In this document: piece after piece, positions 12,837 through 23,900 of the stretch
Layout: each line of letters begins with the position of its first letter
Position numbering within the stretch: position 1 is the first letter of the stretch
NCBI GenBank assembly: GCA_963693365.1
Contig: CAVNZM010000009.1
Coordinates: 8,351,408 to 8,415,407, forward strand
Direction: 5' to 3'
Source of the DNA: Amoebidium appalachense
Taxonomy: Eukaryota; Protista; Ichthyosporea
DNA length: 64,000 bases
The notes under the pieces: model-generated
Databases searched by the model: none
Told to the model about the DNA's origin: nothing
Seen by the model: only the letters and a program-made list of their open reading frames with translations
Position numbers and translations under genes: made by a program

Positions 12837-13148
12837 ATTATTGATCAATTACCACGCTTTTACTGTACACGTGCTATACAGTGGAGATCTAATAAGTATA
12901 AGGTGGCATCATTTGCATGCCCAAACAACACACACACACACCAGTTTAACCGGTCATGTATCGCCAAATGTAGTTTGATAGACCACATAATACCGCAACA
13001 CACACACGTCACATTCACAACAGACACCCAGAAAGATAGCCTACCTGTAAATTACAACATCCTTGATTTTATACTAAACACGCGTAACTACGACCTGTTT
13101 ATTAGATGTATTGATTGGCTTGAGAAACACATCACTACAAAATTATAG

Positions 13149-13152
13149 CGCA

Positions 13153-13222
<70 letters not shown>
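13149..13222. repeat. (CA)n microsatellite directly after the LINE stop codon
   Basis: Seen directly. Confidence 0.95.
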
Positions 13223-13223
<1 letters not shown>

Positions 13224-13258
13224 CCAGCTGATACCGAGTGTCCCGAGGGGAGCCCCTT

Positions 13259-13295
<37 letters not shown>

Positions 13296-14069
13296 AACGG
13301 GGAACCCCAACTAATTGATTTCTCCTTGTAGTCTTTATGGTGTCTCGTAGAGAAAGTAAACCCTGATATATAGTCACCACCCGACATCTATGTACGTGAT
13401 CATGATATACCGCTGAGGGGATATTCCGAGCAAAACCCCCCCCCCATACCTGAGACTGGCTCTCTTTGCCTAGAGTAAACAGCGTAAACCCCATTGCTGT
13501 ACGTGCGCCTTTTCCCGCACACTATCCGCATTCCTGTTGCGCACCGCTGCTGTGTGACGTCATCTTCTGCTTCTTTGTTCTTGATCACTGCAGATGTTCC
13601 AATCGATCGCGTAATCGCTTGTAATCGGATCCGATCGGTGCTGTAAATTTGCGATTTACATACTGTTTTGATTTATGTTTTGTCATTTTTTCTTTTCTTC
13701 GGGTACGTGTGCAGCCTCACGTCTTTAGGCTACCCCCGCTGACCCTGGGTTCAGATCGTGCTGCTTGGCCGTGCAATTCTGTCTTTCGTGTTTTGTTGTT
13801 TGGTTTGTAAGTGTCTGTTGCTTTCAGTTTCTTTGGTTTCTTTCATTTGTTTAGAGGTTTACCTAGTTATCACCATAGTCTTTTGTTGTTTAGAGGGGTT
13901 GATTCCCTGATAGGTAGAACTAGTGACTGTTTATCTCTCCCCTGTGTTTCCTTGTCCTGTTGTGTTTTTCAGCTACCACTGCCTACCTTACTTCTACCTT
14001 ATCTTGGGGAGAACGGAGTAGCTTTTCACCACCCTCAACTTCTCCCCACCACAGATTGTTGTTGACACG

Positions 14070-14957
14070 ATGGCTGACCACGAGGACCCCCCTCTGCCTC
14101 CCCCTGAGGATGAGAACGACCACCCTCCCATCGTGTTGGGGCCGGGCCCGTATGTGGCGCAGCCCCCCCCGCCCCCCATGCCGGCGCAGCAGCAGCAGCC
14201 GCCTTTGGCGTTGATGGCCCCTGGCCACGTTCCCCCGGTTGCCGGACTCCCTGCCGCCCCCCCACCTGGCGCTGGTGGGCCGCCCCCGGTTCCCCCTGGG
14301 GCCGCCGCCGCTGGCGCCCTTGATGCGAATGCTGCCATCGTAGCCGCTGCCGCCGCCCTTATGGCCGGCAACCGTCCCCGCCAGTCCCTACGCGACGCTT
14401 ACGTCTCAAAGCTCAAGGGTGCTGATTTTGACTCCCTCAGCACCTACATCGATGGGCTGCAGGCCGTGCGCGGCGAAGACGGCCCGGGCAACCCCTTCCC
14501 GGATGTCTCAAAGTTCAACACCCTGCTGGGCCAGCTTCAGGAGTTCCCCATCTACGCTGGCGTGCTGGGTGGTGCGCGCAACATGTCGTTTGACGAATTG
14601 GTGGCTGCTGCCAAGGCCGTACACTACCTCAAGAAGGAGCCACATTGCCTCGTCAACCTCCCTGTCACCAACGAGAAGTTCACCGACTACATCCGCCCCG
14701 CGGTTAACGACTACAACGCTGCCCCTGACGCCGAAAAGCGCCGCCTGTATGGGCACATGGAGATGACTGCCACCCTGCTGTTCCCCACGGTACGGAGTCG
14801 TATCGAGACCCTCCGGGCGACACACACGAACCCGACCGAAGCCGATATCATTCGCCTCATGCTGTCCTGCGTCGGCCCCGAGTTCAACTTCGACCCCAGC
14901 AAGATCTCGTTCATGCACACCCTCGCCAAGCCGGTAGCCAGCGTCGTCCCCCCTTAG
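14070..14957 (+). CDS. gag: Gypsy gag, N-terminal/capsid-like part, ending at an in-frame TAG
   Basis: 295-aa ATG ORF with strong GC3 bias, in the position of gag; the same frame stays open after the TAG. Confidence 0.75.
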   Translation: MADHEDPPLPPPEDENDHPPIVLGPGPYVAQPPPPPMPAQQQQPPLALMAPGHVPPVAGLPAAPPPGAGGPPPVPPGAAAAGALDANAAIVAAAAALMAGNRPRQSLRDAYVSKLKGADFDSLSTYIDGLQAVRGEDGPGNPFPDVSKFNTLLGQLQEFPIYAGVLGGARNMSFDELVAAAKAVHYLKKEPHCLVNLPVTNEKFTDYIRPAVNDYNAAPDAEKRRLYGHMEMTATLLFPTVRSRIETLRATHTNPTEADIIRLMLSCVGPEFNFDPSKISFMHTLAKPVASVVPP

Positions 14958-17900
14958 GGCGGCGTGCAGCCCTACGCACCGCCCCGGTATGCGCCTCAGC
15001 CAACCGCTCCCGGCCCGGGCCCCATTCGTGCGCAGCCGCCGCCTCAGCAGCGCGCGGCCCCCTATGTGACGCCTCCGCAGATGGCTCCCCAGCAAGCCGG
15101 CGCCCCGCAGCAACTGCCGCCCGTCCCCAACGTCCCGCCCGGCTCCTGGTGCCCCAACCGCCATGCCGACTGCCACGGCCGCCCGCAGTGGGACGCCGCC
15201 AACAACCGCTACACCACCCACTCCGCCAACTTCCGGGGCTGCCCCCACTTCCGCGCCAACCGTCAAGGTCGCGCAGCTCCTCAAGACCCCCCTCCTCCCC
15301 CTCCGGCGGCCCAGTACCCTCCCCCTGTTGGCTACTACATGTACTACCCCAATGGTACGATTCCCCCTTCCCCCCTCAAAGCGAGCAACGTCCCATTGCT
15401 CAAGCTGAGGAACCGCCTGGCTCGCTTCCCCCGTCCCCCGAGCCAGCTTTCCCCCCTGTGCCCCCGCGTAGGCATTCGTCTCCCCCTACCTACGCCTGCA
15501 CTGGCACAAACCCTTCGTTTTGCCGCTTCTGTTGCATCCCTAAGCGACAAAATGCCTTCTCTCGCCTCTCCAATGCAGGCCCCTGCACCTGCTCTTTCGG
15601 CCTTCCTGCGCCCGGCCGCCTCCCCACTCACCCATCGGATTCCCCGTGCCGCTATCCCTCACACCACCCACGCCCCCGTCTCCCCCACATCCCCTCAACC
15701 CCGTGCCGCTGTCCCTCACATTCCCCCTCCCTCCAATCCCACTTCCCCTGCCCGCCCGGCCTACCGGCCACCACAACCACCCCCTCCCCCCCCCACCGAC
15801 CCCACCCTCAATACCCGCCGTGTGCACAAAACCCACACGCTTAAGGTCGGCATAAGCTTTAAGGGTGCACTCACCGGTACGCTTGCATCTGTACCGCAAT
15901 CCCAACCTTCCCCTGCTCGACCGCAACCGGTAGTGTTTGCCGTCACCCCTGATACACATGGGGCTGACGCCGACCGATACCGCAATGGTCGCTGGTTACC
16001 TCGCAAGCGTAAGATTGCACTTCCCGCTCGTTTCCTCCGAGTCCGTCCCCCCACCCAACCCTCTCCCCCATCCCCCCCTGCTTCCCGCCCCTCTCCCCCC
16101 ACCCCCTTCCAATTCACTCCCCTCCCCCCCAGCTCCCTCATTCATTCTACCCTTCGTTCCCCCACAGGTCTCCCCACTTCCCCCCTCCCCTTCCGCATTC
16201 TCTCCACTTCCCCTACCCACTCTCGGTCTGACTATACCGCACAAGCCCTCCATCTTCCCGCTACCCTTGATGGGAAAGATTTCGAAGTGTGCGCTGACAC
16301 TGGCAGTTACATAACCATTATTTCTCGCTCTGTATTTGATCAACTCAATGATGCCCGCTCGCACAAGAAACTCCCGCTTCTCACTTTGCACACTGGGCAT
16401 TCTGATCGTGCCGTTGGTGCAAATAACTTGTCTATTGAACTGCTTGGCACCACCGCCCTCACTATTCAAATTGCACACATCAGGCGTAAGATACACGTGT
16501 ATGTGACTCCCTCCCTTGCCCTACCTGTCATTTTGGGCATGGATTATTGGGCCACACCTTTGCATGCCGGTGTGCACACTGCTCTCCTTGACTGGCGCAC
16601 ACTGATGATTGGTAACCCCAGTCTTGGCTGGCATGAGCTTCCCTGCACAGTGGATACTGTCCCCACCGCACACCACCACCCCCCAACTATGTCACTTAAA
16701 CGTACTGCCACACAAGCTATCGCCACCTTTACCATCGGCTGCCTCATTACTCACACATACTCCCCCTCCCCTCCCCCCACCCAACCCCTCCCACCCCCTC
16801 CCCCACCCCTCCCTCCCTCTTGCCCTCCACCCTTTCCACCCACCCCCACCAACCCATTTTCCACCCCCGTCTTCCTCTCCCCCACTCTCCTACCGCAGCC
16901 TGAACAAGGCCTCCCCGCTGTGCCTGCTTCTGCACTACCCTCTGCATCGCTGTCCTCGGGCGCCGCACTGTCATGGACCTCTAAATATCTAGCCTCATGT
17001 AATATCTCTCTCAATGCAAATCCCGAAAATTCGTTCCAGGATGGCCAGCGGCCTCCTGATGTTAATGAAAATTCCTTTTGTCCAATGCAAATTGACCCGT
17101 CTGCAGCTGATGTATCTCCAATTCCCCCTTCCCCTTTCCTCCATCCTTCCCTACCCCCCCCTTCCCCTCACCCCCCCTCACCCCCCAATCCCCCCTCCCC
17201 CCACACCGTGACACACACTCCCACAACCCCCCGCCCGCCCACCGCCGCCCCACCCACCATAGTAGGCTGTGTCACTGGCTTTGTTTACAGCCGCGCCTCC
17301 GATAAGTCTAGCGTTTGGCTCCCTATGGGTGTTAGTGGTTTGCCGTTCACTCTCAGCGACCCAACACCACTACCGCCGACCGACATAATAACCCCTAGTT
17401 CACAGCGCGACCCCTCCCCCCCCCCACCCCCATCCACCCTCCATCCACGTCAATCCGCCACCCCAACCACCCCCCCCACCCTTCCCTGCCCCCCACCAAC
17501 CCCCCCGATCGCGCTGCGGACTTGCGTCTACCCACCGAAGTCCCCCTTTCCAATCGAATCCCCCTAAACCCCCGTCAGACTCTCTCCCCTGCCCCCCCCC
17601 ATCCTTCCGCCTTTCCCCCACCCACTCCCTCACCCACAAACACCCCTTCCCCACCCACCCCCACCCCCACACACATACCACCTCCGTTTTCAACCTCTAC
17701 TCAACCGACCCCCGAACCCGCTGTTCCCCCTAAACCCTCGAATCCATTCCCAACTCCCCTTGGCCCCTCACACCCCCCTGTCCCTCACACCGCCCCTTCC
17801 CCTTTCCCCCCTCCCTCCTTCTTTTTCTCACCCCCCTCTGCTAAGCCTTTGTCACGTACCGCCGAATGGTACTATAGGCCACCCCCTCATGCCTATATCT

Positions 17901-20003
17901 CCCCTGCTCAAGCGATTTCGGCCGCTATCTCGGCCGCCAATCAAAATCCCCTTCCGCCCTCCACACCAGAAACCACATATTATGTGCGGTGTGCTGATAA
18001 TTTTTTAATGCCACCTCACACAGCATATGATCTCCCCTGCTATATCCCAGGCTTACAAAAACAGCACTTTTACGAACTTGCTGAAATTTCCCCAAGTAGA
18101 GACCCCAAACACTTACGCAAATTGGATGGTCTTGATGTTGGGTACCACCTAGTTGATTTACTCCCCGACCAGAAATGTTACTTGCACGTGATGAACTTAA
18201 CCAATCACCCCATCAAGTTACACAAAACCTCGGTTATTACCGTATGCACTGTCGGACATATTGCATACACTGCTCCGTGCCCAGATATCGAAATTACGAT
18301 AGACCCCCATAACCTTAAAAACAATATGGAAAATACGCTTGTGCAAGAGATATACGCACACCAAGCTGCTTTATCTCACTCTACCCGTGCACGTTCCGCC
18401 GCACAAGCACCACACTTGGTGGCTGCCCTGCAACCCCCCAACAAACGTGCACGCATAGCGGATTCTGAAGAACCCCCCCAGCCCCTTCCGGCTGCCAAGT
18501 CGCATGATCCTACTTATGATCAAACTTTTGATTATGAGGGCATTAATGATAGTGTTGCTCCTGAACCTTCAAAAACAATGACTGAAAAAGACATAGAAGA
18601 ACTACGGGATACCCACTTATCACATTTATCCCCCGATCAACAAGATCGCATGCTCGCTCTCTTAAAAAAGTACCAAGAACTTACAAACAGCGATGTGATT
18701 GGCTCAATGACCAAAGCCACCAATCACTACCACTACATCACACTCACGGATACAAAACCGGTGTCATGCAAAACACGACGCTATTCAGAAACCGAACGCC
18801 AAGTTATATCCAAAGAAGTCAAGGATATGCTTGAGAAAGGAGTTATACGCGAATCTCGAAGTCTTTATAACAACCCAATCGTATTGGTTAAGAAGAAAAA
18901 TGGCACAATTCGTTTTTGCTTTGACGCGAGGGCAGCCAATCGAATCACTTTAAAAACCCTCTACCACATGCCCCGCGTAGATGACTCACTTGACGCTATA
19001 CGCGGTGCATCTGTCTTTACGTTATGTGACGCAAAATCGGGATATTGGCAAGTGCTGATGCACCCTGATTCAGCACCCGTTACCGCATTCACAGTACCTG
19101 ATGGCCACTTTGAATTTGTCGCCATGCCTTTTGGGTTAAAAAATGCACCCGCTGATTATCAACGTATGATGAATTTCGTGCTACACGGCCTAACTTGGAA
19201 TTTCGTAACCGTTTATTTGGACGACATTTTGATATACAGCAAAAATTTTGATGAACATTTAGGCCATCTTGAAATCGTATTCAAACGCCTACTTGAAAAC
19301 GGCGTACGCCTGAATATGACCAAATGCTCATTTGCAGTCTCAGAAGCCGTTTATCTCGGCCACCTCATATCTGCAAAAGGCATACGCGTTGAACCCAAAA
19401 AATTACAAGCCGTTCGTGATTGGATCCCCCCACAAAATCCAAAGGAAATTTTATCTTTCCTCGGATTTGCGGGCCACTATCGCCGCTTTTGCAAAGATTT
19501 TAGCGCCACCGCAAAACCACTACGTGATCTCACCCTCATTGGTGCTGAATGGCGTTGGACAGAAGAGCACACTGCCGCATTTGAACAACTTAAGCAGTTG
19601 CTTCTTAGCGACCCCGTTGTCCACCACCCCGATTTTTCTAAACCATTCTACATTGCATGTGATGGTTCCACCCGCGGCCTGGGTGCCGTGCTCTATCAAA
19701 TGGGTGATAACGCTGACGAACACCCCATTGCATACGCAAGCCGCGCACTACATGGCGCTGAAAAAAATTATGCACCCACAGAATTGGAAGCACTTGCATG
19801 TGTGTATGCCGTGCAGCAATTCCGCCCCTATGTCTACGGTAATCGCTTTATTATGATTACCGACCACAGTGCTTTACAGGTCCTCATGATCAAGGAGCAG
19901 CTGACTGGCCGTCTAGCCCGCTGGGCGTTACAGCTGTCTGAATACGATTTTGATATTGTACATAGGCCCGGCAAGCTTCACGTGGTCCCAGACGCACTGT
20001 CCA
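14958..20003 (+). CDS. pol: Gypsy gag C-terminus and pol 5' part: Zn knuckle, aspartic protease, dUTPase-like linker, RT, RNase H; frameshift in a C-rich linker near 17.5 kb
   Basis: VCADTGSYIT (PR); PIVLVKKKNGTIRFC, DAKSGYWQ, MPFGLKNAP, YLDD (RT); CDGS..GLGAVL, ELEALA, TDHSAL, PDALS (RH). Cut at DALS|R by the Copia insertion. Confidence 0.92.
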
Positions 20004-20928
20004 TGTTATAATACGTAGTATTTACATATTGTAAGATCTTCTCAGTTCGTGTTATGTTTTCATTCATTTACTTAATGAAAAAGATGTGCTCCTTGTACGT
20101 AAATTATGACATCGATCTCCAGTGTATTTGAGTACTTGTAATCGTGTTGTATCGGCTTTAATCGTGTATTGTAATATCGATTAGAATATTTATATGTGTG
20201 TACACGGATCCACCCACTCAGGGAGAGACGTGTACATGTTCGTGTGTACATAAATATCTCTGGTTATAGTTATGCTATTACTATCTTGTTTGTTGATCTG
20301 TGCTCTCTTTTCCTTCCTCTTTCTCCTTCCTTATTTTCTTTTCTTTCTCTCCTTGTCTTCATGTGTATAATCGTATTTCTTTTCTACTAATATATGTTAG
20401 GTAGATTTGTGTTACTTAATACGTGTTCATTGGACGGTAACACACTTAGGCTACACTTAGAATAGCATGTGTGTTTAGACTTCATTAATTCACTTTAGTT
20501 TTCATGTGTTGCCGGGCTTTAACCAATCATCAAGGTTAAGTGTGATATGTCTGAGTCTTTGCAGTATGTCATAGGTTAGAACTTCCTTGATGATGACACG
20601 AGTTGATCTTAACTAGTGTCTGTGTCCTATCGTGTACGCCTCCGCGTACCGGATCTCTCTGAAAGCAATTGGTTCTTAGTGATTGGTTTCTATTAGAGAT
20701 GGATCTGATTTCCGACTGGTCGGAAATCATGTATGGATTGGACTTAGAGGAATTTCAGGTATTTATTCGAAGATCAGAATAAATTCAGTTCAGTCGTGTC
20801 TAAACATTGATGTCTGTTGTGTACACTGCTCCGATCGTTCCGTGTTTTGTTGTTGTGTGTGTCTGTGGTGTTTTCACACTGCACCACTGTGTCTCTGCTT
20901 ACATCCTAAATACTTATAGAAATTAACA

Positions 20929-20942
20929 GGTTATGCAGCCCT
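20929..20942 (+). promoter_or_regulatory. Copia PBS of half-tRNA-iMet type
   Basis: GGTTATGCAGCCCT directly after the LTR; matches the Ty5/copia-type GGTTATGAGCCC with one extra C. Confidence 0.7.
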
Positions 20943-20990
20943 TTTGCACGCTCCCTACACACATCTAGAACTCGCGCTCGTTTTTCAATC

Positions 20991-23900
20991 ATGGATCCAA
21001 ACAAAACTGGCGTAAACAAAATCACCATGTGGAAAGGTGAAGGGAAGACTGGTCCCGATAGCAAAACTACCTATTTTCAATGGGAAATCATTTTTCTCGG
21101 CATGATGACCGGCACTAAAGGTGTCCGACTCGTGGATGTTGTCCTTGCTGACAACTACGTCCCCCCTACCACCGTCGCGGTTGACGGTGAACCCCCCTTC
21201 TATGGCTACGGCACTACCGCGGAACTCAAAGAGGCCCGCAATTGCCTCCTGCTCCATATGATACAGAACATCGACCCTTCCGTCCTCACCACCGTTGCCC
21301 AGTACCGTATTGGCATGGACCCTGAACGGGCCATGTGGAAATTCCGTCAACACTATCTCCAAGGCAAACCCGATCAGATCCGCATCCTTCACCGTCAGTG
21401 GGATGCCTGTGCCCTTCAGCCCGGTGAATCATTCACCACCTACCTGAGCCGTCTGCAGACCATCGTGAACCAGCTCCAGTCTCTCCAAGATGAGTCCATT
21501 CACTTCACTCGTCTAGCTGAGAAGTTCTTCAATGAACTCACCACCAGAGACGACCTCACCCCTGAGTTCAATCGTCTTATCGAAGACTATCACTTCGGTG
21601 ATAAGCTATTCCCCGACTTCGAGTCCCTCCATAACCACGTCAAGGGCATCGAGTTACGTCAAGACCTCAAGATGCAACTCCGGAACAACCGTGCCCACCG
21701 TGCCTCCAAGTCCAGCATGGCATTAAATGCCAGTGCTCCCCCCCGTGATCTTCCTCGCCGTGACTTACGCACCCGACTTGACCGTACCTCTGGCACGGAC
21801 CTCCGAACTCGTCTCTCCCGTCAGCACACCCGATCCCGTTCCCCCCACCGGCCTGCCTTCCGGTCCACGTCTCGTTCCCCCAGTCGTTCCCGTTTCTCGG
21901 GTTCCCGTCGTTCTGATTCCCCGGCTCGTTCTAACACCCCGTCCGTGAAAGAATGCTCCTACTGCCACGAGCCTGATCACACGATCATCGATTGCCCTGA
22001 GCCGAAATGCCGTATGTCCAGACACAACCGTTCCCGTCAAGGCAGTGAGAAATCTGTCTCCTTTGCTTTCTCGGCATACAATGCTAGCTCCGTCCCCGTG
22101 TCCTCCGACCCTGCCTGGGATTCCGGGTGCAACATGACTGTTTGCCCCACCCGTGAGTTCTTCCATGACCTCACTCCCCTTCCGACACCGACTCCCGTTG
22201 CTGCCTTCAATGGCACCCCCGTCTTGGCCACTCACACCGGCCATATCGTCATCAACACCACCACCGACCATGGCACTACCACCCTAACCATTGAAGCCTA
22301 CTACACCCCGTCTGGCCAAGCCTTCCTCATTTCAACATCCCAAGCTGCTGCCGAATACATCAAGGGTGATTTGAACGATGCCTCCACTCCGTCATTCCTC
22401 TTCGACCGACTCACCGGCCGTCATCTCGTCAACCTCCGTCTACACAACGGTCTGTATTACTTCAAGGACTACACCATTCAACCACCCACTCGTCCTGTGG
22501 CTCTGGCTGCCACTACCAGTGTTAACCCATCCATCTGGCACCATCGTCTGGGGCACCGAGCTATGACCAGCATCAAGGACATGGTGAAACACGACCTTGT
22601 TATTGGTCTCCCCTCCTCTGTCCTCGCCTGTGATGTTCCTGATTGTCATGGCTGCATTATGGGTAAGACCACCAAGGCTCCGTTCAGGGGTGACCGTCCT
22701 CACTCCAACATCCCCGGTCATGAATGGCATTGGGATTTTTTTGAGCCTACCACAACATCGTACGGAGGTTCCAAGGTTGCTCTCGTCACTGTCTGCCGTG
22801 CCTCTGGCCTCGTCAAGATCTACCCGATGGCCGACCGTACCACCACCCTGGATATTCTCACAGCTCACACCAACCTCGTTGCCACCCATGCCCCCTCCAA
22901 AGTTGGTGTTTACCACTTCGACTCCGGCTCTGAGTTCACCTCCAAGGATACCCGTGCTTTTTGCCTCTCCCAGGGCATCAAGGCCAGCTATGCTCCGGTG
23001 GACTGCCCTCAACTGAACGGCTATGTTGAACGACGTATGCGGTTCCTCCAAGAGATTGTCCGTTGCCTCCTCCATCAAGTCCAAGATCAGTCTCTGTCTC
23101 CCAAACTGTGGGCTGAGGCCCTCCAACATGCCGCCTACATCATCAACGTCACCCCGTCCACGACTGCCAATGGTCGTACACCATTCGAGGTTTTCTACGG
23201 TGTCAAGCCCGACATCTCCGAGCTCAAAGTGTTCGGTTGCCCTGCCTACACTCACGTGCCAGCCTCTAAACGGAACAAGCTGGCCCCCACCGTCAAACTC
23301 GGCATGTATATCGGCTATGATCTTCAATCACACTGCCACCGGATCTTCAATGCCACCACCCATCGTGTCGGCCTCTTCCGTGATGTGATTTTCGACGAAT
23401 CAGCTTATCTCCCGTCCGACATTCCATCAACCCTTCCGACCCCCGACACCACTGCTACCTCGACCACCCCACCCCCCACAGTTGACACTGAAGATGATGT
23501 TTGTCTGGTGTACTCTGGCCCCCCTCCTGCCATCGTCGTTCCCCCGACACCCCCCCCCCCACCGGCCCCCCTGCCCCCGTGCCCGTCCAGCCTGCCGACC
23601 CTCATCCTGCCCCTGGCAACGTCACACCCATCCGACCCGGCTCCCCCGACAACTTCCACTCGGCCCCGTCCAGCCCGGAGGTTGCCCCCCCTGCACTTCC
23701 GAACTTCCAAGTTCCCCCCCCACCGTCTCCACCTACCCCGGTTCCTGCACCCCGTCGTTCTGCCCGTCTCCAGGGCAAGGTTGGACTTCAAGCCACCACC
23801 ACCCTGCCAGTCCCCCCCGGTCCCCCCATCAACATCGACCAACTACCCAAACTTGTCCGTCAACTCTGTTCCGGACCCAATGGTGATCAGGTCAAGTCAG

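Larger units (their letters stand above)
8681..13297 (+). mobile_element. 5'-truncated non-LTR retrotransposon (LINE) in the Gypsy leader, interrupted by a deleted Copia
   Basis: RT motifs GPDG, FRPITL, QSAFR, FIDWKTAYDSV, GLLQGSLLSPFLFN, YADD, YKYLGV. The ORF rejoins in frame (LADGIIDQLPRFYC) after removing the Copia and one TSD, and stops at 13148. A (CA)n tract and an A-rich tail follow. No endonuclease domain; outer boundaries approximate. Confidence 0.88.

Noticed and set aside
8530-13500. TSD or inverted repeats bounding the LINE
   Set aside because: Only short chance-level matches (CCAGCT, AGTCAC) were found; boundaries are left approximate.
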